From: Faecousia sp.
GTDB taxonomy: Bacteria; Bacillota; Clostridia; Oscillospirales; Oscillospiraceae
Direction of reading: 5' to 3'
Assembly: GCA_045604565.1 (NCBI GenBank)
Contig: JAZUOF010000076.1
Coordinates: forward strand, 152-64,151
Length of the DNA stretch: 64,000 nt
Part shown: in pieces, positions 21,672 to 30,908 of the stretch
How the letters are laid out: the number at the start of each line of letters is the position of its first letter
Numbering within the stretch: the first letter of the stretch is position 1
Notes under the pieces: generated by a model
The model's database searches: none
Told to the model about the DNA's origin: nothing
The model's input: the letters and a program-made list of their open reading frames with translations, nothing else
Made by a program: the position numbers and the translations under genes

Positions 21672-22364
21672 ATGTCCATTCACAGCGGTCATCGGGAGAG
21701 ATTAAAAGAACGCTTCCGTAAAGAAGGCCTGGATAATTTTGAGGAGCTGTATGTTTTGGAGCTCCTGCTGTTCTACTGTATTCCCCGAAAAGATACCAAC
21801 GAGCTTGCGCACAGGCTGCTGGATCGGTTTGGGTCATTGGTTAATGTGCTGGATGCTACCCCGTCTGAACTTGAAAAAGTACCGGGCATTGGCAAAAATG
21901 TTTCCACATTTTTATCTTTGCACTCTGCAGTGGAACGATACTACGAACGCGCCAGCCATCAGGAGAAAATTGTATCCACCGTGGATGAATACGGCAGTTT
22001 TATGACGAGATATTTTAAAAAAGCACGTAATGAAATGGTGTATCTCCTGAGTTTGGATGCCAAATGCAAAGTGCTATCGTGTTCTTTGGTGGGAGAGGGA
22101 AGTGTTAACTCGGCAAGTGTTCCTATTCGCAGGATTGTAGAAATGGCCCTTGCCGACAATGCTACTTCTGTGATTCTTGCTCATAATCACCCCAGCGGAC
22201 TTGCTTTGCCCTCCAACGACGATGTACAGACTACATACCGGCTTGCCCAAGCATTGGAAGGCGTGGATATTTGCCTGGTTGACCATTTGGTTATCACGGC
22301 CGATGATTATGTTTCCATGGCGCAGTCCGGATATTATCGCCCAATCGCTGCATTGCCAAGGTAA
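21672..22364 (+). CDS. radC: RadC family JAB-domain protein
   Basis: HSGHRERLKERF, HhH VPGIG, LAHNHPSG...PS..D, LVDH. Confidence 0.95.
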   Translation: MSIHSGHRERLKERFRKEGLDNFEELYVLELLLFYCIPRKDTNELAHRLLDRFGSLVNVLDATPSELEKVPGIGKNVSTFLSLHSAVERYYERASHQEKIVSTVDEYGSFMTRYFKKARNEMVYLLSLDAKCKVLSCSLVGEGSVNSASVPIRRIVEMALADNATSVILAHNHPSGLALPSNDDVQTTYRLAQALEGVDICLVDHLVITADDYVSMAQSGYYRPIAALPR

Positions 22365-22375
22365 AGGAGCCTGTT

Positions 22376-22783
22376 ATGCATATAATTTTATGTTTGGATG
22401 ACAAAAACGGCATGACATTTAACGGCCGAAGACAGAGCCGCGACCGCGCAGTGGTAGACCACATTTTGAAAGATATCGGAACGCAACCGCTTTGGATGAA
22501 TGCGTATTCGGAGAAACTTTTTGCGGATACTGCGAATACTATTTGCGTAGACGAGAATTTTCTGTCATACGGGGAAAAAGGAGCATATTGCTTTGTGGAA
22601 AATGCAGATGTAACTCCTTATGCATCAGAAATTGAGGACATTATCATCTATCGCTGGAATCGAGTATATCCAGCAGATATGCATTTTCCCAATGATGTGA
22701 TTGGCAACCGAGTGTTGACAGGCATTAAACAGTTTTCGGGGAATTCTCACGATATAATTACCCAGGAGGTTTATTCACTGTGA
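22376..22783 (+). CDS. Small hypothetical protein with DHFR-like sequence pattern
   Basis: AAGGAG RBS; IILCLDDKNGMTFNG and IIIYRWNRVYPADMHFP resemble DHFR first strand and the LT.I...GDT.FP segment. Confidence 0.7.
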   Translation: MHIILCLDDKNGMTFNGRRQSRDRAVVDHILKDIGTQPLWMNAYSEKLFADTANTICVDENFLSYGEKGAYCFVENADVTPYASEIEDIIIYRWNRVYPADMHFPNDVIGNRVLTGIKQFSGNSHDIITQEVYSL

Positions 22784-23649
22784 AGATGGGCAACACAAAA
22801 CTGGTGATTGCGGTTATAATGCTCGTTGCGGTAATTGCCGGCGCGTTTTTTGCGCCGAAGGAGCAGGAGCCGGTGTACAGTGATTCTGTGACCAATGTTC
22901 CGGAATTTACCGGTAATCCTTATGTGATTGTTGACAACAATCAACCTTCGTTTTCTGAGTCGGACTATACTACAAGGTCCTTTGAATATTATTCTTCTTT
23001 AGACAGGTTAAATCGGTGCGGATACGCGATGGCTTGCATTGGCAAGGATCTGATGCCTACCCAAGACCGCGAAAGTATTGGCCAGATTAAACCCTCCGGT
23101 TGGCAGACCGTCAAATATGATTTTGTAGACGGAAGGTATTTGTATAACCGATGCCATCTGATTGGTTTCCAGTTAACAGGAGAAAATGCAAATGAATGCA
23201 ACCTAATTACAGGAACACGTTACATGAATGTGGAGGGCATGCTGCCCTTTGAAAACCTTGTGGCTGACTACATAAGAGAAACCGGAAACCACGTGCTGTA
23301 TCGCGTTACCCCGATTTTTATAGAAGATGAGTTGGTTGCGCGGGGCGTACAGATGGAAGGTTTCTCTGTGGAGGATAAGGGCGACGGTATCTGTTTTAAT
23401 GTGTATGTATATAACTCTCAACCGGGTGTGGAGATTGACTATGCCACCGGATACAGCAAGCAGGCACAGCAGAGCGCGCCCACAGACAAAACTGCCACAT
23501 ACATACTGAACACCAATTCCAAAAAATTTCACGATACTTCCTGTGCTTTGGCAGATAATATCAAGGAAGAAAATCGCAGTGAGTATACCGGTACCAGATC
23601 TGCATTGATGGAATCCGGATATTCACCGTGCGGGAGCTGCGATCCGTAA
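22780..23649 (+). CDS. Membrane-anchored DNA/RNA non-specific endonuclease (EndA-like) with C-terminal Cys/His metal-binding domain
   Basis: N-terminal TM, LDRLNRCG, YNRCHLIG, NLITGTRYMN..GMLPFEN, YRVTP; tail KKFH...C...GYSPCGSC. Confidence 0.9.
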   Translation: MKMGNTKLVIAVIMLVAVIAGAFFAPKEQEPVYSDSVTNVPEFTGNPYVIVDNNQPSFSESDYTTRSFEYYSSLDRLNRCGYAMACIGKDLMPTQDRESIGQIKPSGWQTVKYDFVDGRYLYNRCHLIGFQLTGENANECNLITGTRYMNVEGMLPFENLVADYIRETGNHVLYRVTPIFIEDELVARGVQMEGFSVEDKGDGICFNVYVYNSQPGVEIDYATGYSKQAQQSAPTDKTATYILNTNSKKFHDTSCALADNIKEENRSEYTGTRSALMESGYSPCGSCDP

Positions 23650-23673
23650 ATCTGGAGATAGGAGGCCATAACG

Positions 23674-25638
23674 ATGAATATGTTTCAGCTTACTTCGGAA
23701 TTTAAACCGTCCGGTGATCAGCCGGAAGCCATTCAGGCGCTTGTAAATGGGGTAAATCTGGGATTGCGGGAACAGACGTTGATGGGTGTTACCGGCTCAG
23801 GAAAAACATTTACTATGGCATCCGTTATTGCGCAGGTTAACCGTCCCACCCTTGTGTTGGCCCATAATAAAACATTGGCCGCGCAGTTGTGCTCGGAATT
23901 TCGGGAGTTCTTTCCCAACAATGCGGTGGAATACTTCATTTCCTATTACGATTATTATCAGCCCGAGGCATATATCGCCCATACGGACACGTATATCGAG
24001 AAGGATTCTGCGGTGAATGAGGAAATTGACCGGCTTCGTCACAGTGCAACTTCCGCCTTGTTTGAACGTCGGGATGTTATTGTGGTATCGTCGGTAAGCT
24101 GCCTTTACGGGCTTGGTGATCCTATTGATTATAAGAGTATGGTTATCTCTCTGCGGGTCGGACAGCAGCGACCGATGGATGAAATTCTTCGGAAACTGAC
24201 AGAGATTCGTTACGAACGCAATGACATTGATTTTTCCCGGAATAAGTTTCGCGTACGTGGCGACACTTTAGAAGTATATCCTGCCTACTGGACAGGACGA
24301 GCCATTCGTGTGGAATTTTTTGGAGATGAAATTGACCGCATTTCTGAAATCAATGCCGTTTCCGGATTGGCGGAACGTTTTGTGGATCATGTGGCCATAT
24401 ACCCTGCAAGTCATTATGTAGCATCCCGGGAGAAACTGGAACGGGCTATGAGGGAGATTCGACTTGAATGTGACCGGCAGGTGGATTACTTTCGGGCACA
24501 GGATAAACTTCTGGAAGCGCAAAGGATTGCTCAGCGCACGAATTATGATTTGGAAATGTTGACGGAGATTGGATTCTGCTCCGGAATTGAGAACTATTCC
24601 AGGATTATTCAGGGCCGTGAGCCGGGCACACCGCCGACGACTTTGCTGGATTATTTCCCAGAGGATTTTCTCCTGTTTGTGGATGAAAGTCATGTGACAT
24701 TACCTCAGTGCAGAGCCATGTATGCAGGCGACAGAAGCCGTAAGGATGCGCTGGTCAATTACGGCTTTCGTTTGCCTTCTGCTTATGATAACCGCCCTTT
24801 GAATTTCACAGAGTTCAACGATAAGCTTAATCAGGTAATTTATGTTTCCGCTACACCTGCGGAATATGAACAGACCCGCTCCGCGCAGACCGTTGAGCAG
24901 GTGATTCGGCCGACCGGCTTGCTTGATCCGGAAGTGGAGGTTCGCCCCATCGAAGGACAAATTGATGACTTGGTGGGAGAAATTAAGGAGCGAAGCGCAA
25001 AAGACGAGCGGGTTCTTGTGACGACGCTAACCAAGAAAATGGCAGAGGATTTAACCGCTTATCTGCAAAAGCTTGGGATTCGAGTGCGTTATATGCACTC
25101 GGATATAGGAGCGATGGAACGGATGGAGATCATTCGTGACCTGCGCATGGCAAAATTTGATGTACTTGTAGGCATTAATCTTTTACGTGAAGGACTTGAC
25201 CTTCCCGAGGTAAGCCTTGTTACGATTTTGGACGCAGATAAGGAAGGTTTCCTTCGCTCAGAAACAAGTCTGATTCAGACAATCGGTCGCGCTGCGCGTA
25301 ATGCCGGTGGCAAAGTAATTATGTATGCGGATAATATTACGCCATCTATGCGCGCAGCCATAGATGAAACTGAACGCCGTCGCCGGATTCAGAATGCATA
25401 CAATGAGAAAAATGGCATCATCCCCAAGACAATCCGCAAATCTGTCCGGGAATTGATAGAAATTTCCGCCCCCACAGCCGAGCGGAAGGGTAGAGCCGGA
25501 ATCAAAATGACTCGCGCAGAGAAAGAAAAGGAAATTGCAAGGCTGGAAAAGCAGATGAAGGAAGCGGCGCGTATGATGGAGTACGAATATGCTGCAATTT
25601 TGCGCGATCAAATCATCGAACTGCGCGGAGAAAATTAA
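23674..25638 (+). CDS. uvrB: Excinuclease ABC subunit B
   Basis: [51 protein letters not shown]-terminal UVR motif. Confidence 0.98.
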   Translation: MNMFQLTSEFKPSGDQPEAIQALVNGVNLGLREQTLMGVTGSGKTFTMASVIAQVNRPTLVLAHNKTLAAQLCSEFREFFPNNAVEYFISYYDYYQPEAYIAHTDTYIEKDSAVNEEIDRLRHSATSALFERRDVIVVSSVSCLYGLGDPIDYKSMVISLRVGQQRPMDEILRKLTEIRYERNDIDFSRNKFRVRGDTLEVYPAYWTGRAIRVEFFGDEIDRISEINAVSGLAERFVDHVAIYPASHYVASREKLERAMREIRLECDRQVDYFRAQDKLLEAQRIAQRTNYDLEMLTEIGFCSGIENYSRIIQGREPGTPPTTLLDYFPEDFLLFVDESHVTLPQCRAMYAGDRSRKDALVNYGFRLPSAYDNRPLNFTEFNDKLNQVIYVSATPAEYEQTRSAQTVEQVIRPTGLLDPEVEVRPIEGQIDDLVGEIKERSAKDERVLVTTLTKKMAEDLTAYLQKLGIRVRYMHSDIGAMERMEIIRDLRMAKFDVLVGINLLREGLDLPEVSLVTILDADKEGFLRSETSLIQTIGRAARNAGGKVIMYADNITPSMRAAIDETERRRRIQNAYNEKNGIIPKTIRKSVRELIEISAPTAERKGRAGIKMTRAEKEKEIARLEKQMKEAARMMEYEYAAILRDQIIELRGEN

Positions 25639-25644
25639 TCATAA

Positions 25645-25683
25645 AAAGAAACTGCGGCGCAAGTTGCGTCGCAGTGTCTTTTT
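25645..25683. terminator. Terminator after uvrB (probably bidirectional)
   Basis: ACTGCGGCGCAA-g-TTGCGTCGCAGT stem flanked by A and T tracts. Confidence 0.75.
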
Positions 25684-25719
25684 GAAAATTACGCAGGGCG
25701 TTTGCCCGGCGCAAAAGAG

Positions 25720-27153
25720 TTATTTTGGAATGCTTCCGCGAATGCTGTCTAAGATGGTGGAAGGATCAAATAGATTGAAGAACCAGTCTGCATGGTATTT
25801 CATATTGGATCCTGTGACCAAAATACGCGCCTGACGGACATAAGAGGTCTGGACACTTGCCCAGGGATAACCGTCGGAACAGAAGCCAAGGAAGTAGCGG
25901 AAGCCGGCATTATATAAGGTGGAGAACTTATCTCCGGAATAGGTGCCGTTGCCGGCAATATCACTGGTTTGAGCAAAGGCGATAATATCCACATCTCCAA
26001 GGATAGGTACTACCTCGTTTGTCCAGTTATTTAAATCTGCCTTCATTTGTGTAAGGGTATATTTGCCATATGCCACATTTCCGTAGGTATAGCAAGCGAT
26101 ATCATAGCCGTCAGCGCGAAGCGCTTCTGCAATCTTTTTGGCGCCTTCAATTTCAGCCTGATAGGCATCAGCACCTAAGCGGGATTCTGCGGCGGGGTTG
26201 GTGCGGTAACCAAACAGTCCGTCGTAACCGGTTACGGCAATGATTGCCTTTGCGCCTTTGTAAGAGAAGCTGGGGTGCTCGTCAATAAAGGCGTTCAGGA
26301 TAGGCACCAAATCGTAGGCTCCGGTAACGGTCTGACCGGTGCTGTCTACCATTTCATTGGTTAATTCACCGTTGTCATCCAGTACAAGTTTGCTTGCAAA
26401 GCCGGCACCGCCCGCATCGGGCAACTTGTCGCCGTCGCTGTCAATCATAAAGGTGTTGTAATTAACGTGGGTTTGCGTCAGCACCAGGGGCTTTTTACCC
26501 TCGGGCAGGTAAATGGTCTTAGCACTGTATACCACAGCGCCATCCTCAGCCGTTTCTGCTGCGATGAAATCGTCCAGACTGACCAGAACGTAGTCGTTTT
26601 CGTAGAGCTGATACAGGATCTCCTCAAATTCATCTGTGGTAACAAAGTTTCGGTTATAGGATGTGCCATAGTTCTTATCCACAAATGCCCGCGCAGGATC
26701 AGCAATCAACAGCTGGAAGGAGAGGTTTACAATTTTATTAGGGTCATCCCAGGGGACAAGGCTGTCCCGAGCAGCTTCGTATTCAGCACGGCGTTCCAAA
26801 AGCTGGGTATATTTTGTGATATCGCCGGTGAAGGTGTCAATAACAGTAATTGCTCTGGAATAATCGTAATCAGCGGCAAAATCCGCGGAGATACGCAGTA
26901 AGTCTTCAACTTCCTGCGCAAGCTTCCGTGCCTCTTCTTCAGCAGCAATGGAGGCGTTAATAGCATCCTGCCGCGCCTGGTTGCTTTCCTGAACAGCGCG
27001 GGTGATTGCGCCGACTATAAAAACAAGAATCAAGACCAAAGCGAGACCAGCTATGGCTACCGGCAGATAAGACTCCTTGAAGATTTCCATTTGAGAGCGT
27101 CTTCTGCGCCGGGGATTTACCGGCCTGGATTCATTGTTTTGCATTTGATCCAT
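25720..27153 (-). CDS. Membrane-anchored polysaccharide-deacetylase-like protein (catalytic motifs degenerate)
   Basis: Basic N-tail, TM, coiled coil, then VTTDEF..IL..LYENDYVLV, LPEGKKPLVL, HPSFSYKGAK, TGYDGLFGYRT typical of clostridial NodB-like proteins. Confidence 0.8.
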   Translation of the reverse strand: MDQMQNNESRPVNPRRRRRSQMEIFKESYLPVAIAGLALVLILVFIVGAITRAVQESNQARQDAINASIAAEEEARKLAQEVEDLLRISADFAADYDYSRAITVIDTFTGDITKYTQLLERRAEYEAARDSLVPWDDPNKIVNLSFQLLIADPARAFVDKNYGTSYNRNFVTTDEFEEILYQLYENDYVLVSLDDFIAAETAEDGAVVYSAKTIYLPEGKKPLVLTQTHVNYNTFMIDSDGDKLPDAGGAGFASKLVLDDNGELTNEMVDSTGQTVTGAYDLVPILNAFIDEHPSFSYKGAKAIIAVTGYDGLFGYRTNPAAESRLGADAYQAEIEGAKKIAEALRADGYDIACYTYGNVAYGKYTLTQMKADLNNWTNEVVPILGDVDIIAFAQTSDIAGNGTYSGDKFSTLYNAGFRYFLGFCSDGYPWASVQTSYVRQARILVTGSNMKYHADWFFNLFDPSTILDSIRGSIPK

Positions 27154-27317
27154 ATAAAACGCCGCCTTTCTGTGTTTGTTTTAAATATTATATAGGTATT
27201 TCCAGCAAATTGCAAGATAATTTGTCTGCAATTTCATTCCGGTATGAAAAAATATACATTTGGTTATGATTTTTTGCGTGAGTGTATAAGAACTTTCAGA
27301 TAACAGGAGGAAATACA

Positions 27318-27572
27318 ATGGTCAAAGGCGTTTCAAAGCAGGTAATTCTGGTAAAGTCACCCGAACCGGATCTGTTTGAACAGGCGATTTTCATTCTGAG
27401 AGACGGACAAAAAGCGCTGACCGATGAAGAGCTTCTGCGGGAAGCTCAGAAGATCGCGAATACGAAGCCGAAAACAAAAGAACAGTTTTCTGCAAAGATT
27501 ATGTTTTGGGGGATAGGTATTGGAGCATCCATAATGGGCGCTTTATGGCTGTTCAGTATATTGAGCTTGTAG
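27318..27572 (+). CDS. Small conserved-looking hypothetical protein with C-terminal TM
   Basis: AGGAGG RBS then ATG 27318; MVKGVSKQVILVKSPEPDLFEQAIFILR. Confidence 0.75.
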   Translation: MVKGVSKQVILVKSPEPDLFEQAIFILRDGQKALTDEELLREAQKIANTKPKTKEQFSAKIMFWGIGIGASIMGALWLFSILSL

Positions 27573-27625
27573 CTTGCGTAAAAGTGTATTGCGTGGTATA
27601 ATGCCTCCAAACGGAGGTGAACGGG

Positions 27626-28591
27626 ATGCAAATTGGTTCATTAAAGCTCAATATGCCGGTTGCGTTGGGACCCATGGCTGGGGTAACGGACTGGGCGTTT
27701 CGAACAATTTGTGCGGAATTGGGCGCTGATTTAACCATTACAGAAATGGTATCATCCCGTGCGCTGGTGTATCAGGACAGGAAAAGCGCCGCGCTTCTGC
27801 GAAAAAACACAGGAAGCATTTGCGGCGCACAGATTTTTGGAAATGACCCGGATATTATGGCGCAGTCGGCTCGCCTTGCATTGGAGATTTCCGGTTGCGA
27901 TTTTATTGACATCAATATGGGGTGCCCGATGCCCAAGATTGCCAACTCCGGTGACGGATGCGGCCTGATGCGAACGCCTGACCTTGCAGAGAAAATTGTT
28001 GCGTCTGTTGTTTCTGCAGTAGATGTTCCGGTCACAGTGAAATGCCGTCTTGGTTGGGATAAAGGGTCTTTGAATATTTTGGATTTTTCCAAACGGATGG
28101 AAGATCGTGGCGCGTCGATGCTGACGGTACACGGTCGCACCAGAAGTATGTTGTATTCCGGTACGGCAGACTGGGATTCTATTGCCAGGGTTAAGGAGCA
28201 GCTTACCATCCCGGTGATTGCCAACGGTGACATTACAGATGGTCAATCTGCAAAAAAATGTCTTCAGTGGACGAGGGCGGACGGACTTATGGTAGGAAGA
28301 GCTTCCTTTGGGGATCCATGGATTTTTGCAGAAATTAACGCCGCTGTTAAATCTGACAAGGACTTTGTCAGACCGCCCCTTTGTGTTCGCGTGGATACGG
28401 CCGTACGGCAGTTTGAATTGGCCTATGAGGATAAGGGCGAGCATATTGCCTGCCTGGAGGCAAGGAAACACTTTGCGTGGTATCTGCGGGGCGTTGCGTA
28501 CAGCAATTACTATAAGGAGCAGATATCGGCCATTCGTAATATGGAAGACATATACCGTATTGCGGAGGGCATCCGACAGGACTTGAAATAA
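27626..28591 (+). CDS. dusB: tRNA dihydrouridine synthase
   Basis: LGPMAGVTD, TEMVS, IDINMGCP, VHGRT, IANGDI, MVGR. Confidence 0.95.
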   Translation: MQIGSLKLNMPVALGPMAGVTDWAFRTICAELGADLTITEMVSSRALVYQDRKSAALLRKNTGSICGAQIFGNDPDIMAQSARLALEISGCDFIDINMGCPMPKIANSGDGCGLMRTPDLAEKIVASVVSAVDVPVTVKCRLGWDKGSLNILDFSKRMEDRGASMLTVHGRTRSMLYSGTADWDSIARVKEQLTIPVIANGDITDGQSAKKCLQWTRADGLMVGRASFGDPWIFAEINAAVKSDKDFVRPPLCVRVDTAVRQFELAYEDKGEHIACLEARKHFAWYLRGVAYSNYYKEQISAIRNMEDIYRIAEGIRQDLK

Positions 28592-28644
28592 TTTCATAGA
28601 ATGATTTTTATGCCGTGTCACACCCTAACTGTGAGGTGAAGGAT

Positions 28645-29592
28645 GTGATACGGCGTATTGTTTTATGCTTATATATGATGATGCTGTTGTGTATTCCGGT
28701 ACAGGCAGACACTATAAAATGGGTGGATTTTCAGGTTCCATACGAATCTTTGCGTTATGCCATGAATGCAGATATTCAGTCTTATGAAAGAGAAAAGCAC
28801 ATTTCGTGGATAGACAGTTTATCGGTTGCGGCTTGCCGAACGGGCGGAAAATGCAGTCTTTCATCTGTAAAGAAGGCAGTTTCAGATTTGAAAGGCGATC
28901 AATCCCTGGAAGAGCTTCTGGGAGAGCTATACCGGTATTATCCATACTATCGGGAATCTTTTAACGCTGCCCTGGGAGGATTTTTAGGCTCCTACGCCAT
29001 AGAAATTGACGGACAGTGGATGCCGTCCTATGGACTAAAAGCGTTTTCGCCCATTGCGGCCGGATATGGCTACAGCCACTGCGCAGACTTCGGGAACAAC
29101 CGATCTTTTGGATTTGCCCGAAAGCATTTGGGCAATGATATTATGGGGTCATTGGGAACACCTATTGTTGCGGTGGAGGGCGGTACCGTGGAGGCGATGG
29201 GATGGAACCGGTATGGCGGTTGGAGAATTGGTGTGCGCTCCTTTGACTCCAAGCGGTATTATTATTACGCGCATCTTCAAAAAGATCATCCATACGCAAA
29301 GGATTTGCAGGTAGGAGATATCGTTCAGGCGGGGGATTTGTTGGGCTTTATGGGCAGAACGGGGTATTCCGACAAGGAAAATGTAAACAATATTGAAAAG
29401 GTGCATTTACATTTTGGAATGCAGCTTATATTTGATGAGAGCCAGAAAGAAAGCAATAACGAAATATGGATTGATGTATATGATATTGTTAAACTTCTTT
29501 CCGCCCATCGAAGCAGCCTGGAAAGGACATCAGACGGTTGGAAACGGATGTATCCTTACCGGGATTTGGATGTTGAGGAACTGCTGAATTAA
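28645..29592 (+). CDS. M23 family metallopeptidase, secreted
   Basis: Signal peptide, HLGND (HxxxD), YYYAHL, HLH; GTG 28645 after GAGGTG is the likely start (ORF opens at 28615). Confidence 0.9.
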   Translation: MIRRIVLCLYMMMLLCIPVQADTIKWVDFQVPYESLRYAMNADIQSYEREKHISWIDSLSVAACRTGGKCSLSSVKKAVSDLKGDQSLEELLGELYRYYPYYRESFNAALGGFLGSYAIEIDGQWMPSYGLKAFSPIAAGYGYSHCADFGNNRSFGFARKHLGNDIMGSLGTPIVAVEGGTVEAMGWNRYGGWRIGVRSFDSKRYYYYAHLQKDHPYAKDLQVGDIVQAGDLLGFMGRTGYSDKENVNNIEKVHLHFGMQLIFDESQKESNNEIWIDVYDIVKLLSAHRSSLERTSDGWKRMYPYRDLDVEELLN

Positions 29593-29615
29593 TAAAAGAA
29601 TTTTCGGTTTCCTAT

Positions 29616-29644
29616 TTGACAAATAATTCGCGCTGTGCTATACT
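29616..29644 (+). promoter_or_regulatory. Sigma-A promoter of the pyr operon
   Basis: TTGACA-N17-TATACT with TG extension. Confidence 0.8.
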
Positions 29645-29672
29645 AACCCAGATAATGCAATAGGGGGTAAGA

Positions 29673-30908
29673 ATGATGATGCACAGCGAGAAATTAATCC
29701 GAACCATTGGTTGTTCTGCTGAGGATTTTTGTTCGGTTAACAGCGTTGCTTGTGAGGCATTGGCAGACTATCCCCATTTTCCATACGTGGTTTTTCCCGG
29801 CTTCTGTGATGTGCATGTGCATTTCCGTGAGCCGGGTTTTTCTTATAAAGAGACCATTCGCACCGGCACACAGGCGGCTGCCGCAGGCGGGTATACCGCA
29901 GTATGCACCATGCCAAACCTGAATCCGGTGCCGGACAGCAGGGAAAGTCTTGCCCAGCAGTTACAAATTGTGGAACGGGATGCTTGCGTTCACGTTTACC
30001 CTTATGGCGCAATTACCGTAGGGGAAAAAGGTGAGCAAATTGCGGATTTAGAAGGCATGGCTCCGGATGCCATTGCTTTTTCCGATGACGGTAAGGGCGT
30101 GCAGGACGAGGACACTATGCGCCAGGCGATGCTCCGCGCCAAGGCGTTGGGAAAGATTGTCGTGGCGCATTGCGAGGTGAATTCCTTGCTGCGCGGCGGA
30201 TACATTCACGACGGCGATTATGCAAAAAAACATGGGCATAAGGGAATATGCAGCGAAAGTGAATTTGCCCAGATTGCCAGAGACTTGCAACTTGTTGAGC
30301 AGACAGGATGCGCCTACCACGTATGCCACATTTCCGCAAAAGAGAGCGTTGCGCTCATCCGGGAGGCAAAGAGCAGGGGATTGAACGTGACTTGTGAAAC
30401 TGCGCCCCATTATCTTGTGATGGATGACAGTTTTCTGCAGGAAGACGGCAGATTTAAGATGAATCCTCCACTTCGCGGCAAGGAGGATACACAGGCGTTG
30501 ATTGCAGGTCTGCAGGACGGAACAATCGATATGATTGCAACAGATCACGCGCCCCATTCCGAAGAAGAAAAATCCAGAGGCCTATCCGGCAGCGCCTTTG
30601 GAATCGTGGGATTGGAAACGGCATTTTCTGTGCTGTATACGTATTTGGTTCTGCCTGGCATCATTTCCCTTGAGAAGTTAATTACATTGCTGGCAGATAA
30701 TCCCCGCAAGCGCTTTGAAATTCCGATGGGAAAGGATTTTACGGTGTGGGATTTGAACGAGGAGTTTACCGTTGATCCGGATAGTTTCCTGTCGAAAGGA
30801 CTCGCAACGCCCTTTACAGGATGGAAATTAAGAGGAAAATGTATACTGACGATCTGTGATGGACGCATCGTGTACGCAAATCAAAATGGGAGGCATCATT
30901 ATGGCTAA
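29673..30908 (+). CDS. pyrC: Dihydroorotase
   Basis: PGFCDVHVHFREPG, MPNLNP, FSDDG, HVCHIS, KMNPPLR, IATDHAPH. Confidence 0.95.
   Translation: MMMHSEKLIRTIGCSAEDFCSVNSVACEALADYPHFPYVVFPGFCDVHVHFREPGFSYKETIRTGTQAAAAGGYTAVCTMPNLNPVPDSRESLAQQLQIVERDACVHVYPYGAITVGEKGEQIADLEGMAPDAIAFSDDGKGVQDEDTMRQAMLRAKALGKIVVAHCEVNSLLRGGYIHDGDYAKKHGHKGICSESEFAQIARDLQLVEQTGCAYHVCHISAKESVALIREAKSRGLNVTCETAPHYLVMDDSFLQEDGRFKMNPPLRGKEDTQALIAGLQDGTIDMIATDHAPHSEEEKSRGLSGSAFGIVGLETAFSVLYTYLVLPGIISLEKLITLLADNPRKRFEIPMGKDFTVWDLNEEFTVDPDSFLSKGLATPFTGWKLRGKCILTICDGRIVYANQNGRHHYG

Noticed and set aside
21672-22364. radC as a mobile-element marker
   Set aside because: Full-length HhH+JAB chromosomal type, normal composition, no integrase nearby
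29645-29670. Possible CTP-sensitive start-site switching hairpin (ACCC pairing with GGGGGT SD) as in enteric pyrC
   Set aside because: The CCC lies only 3-5 nt after the -10, probably upstream of the TSS, and pairing is just 4 bp
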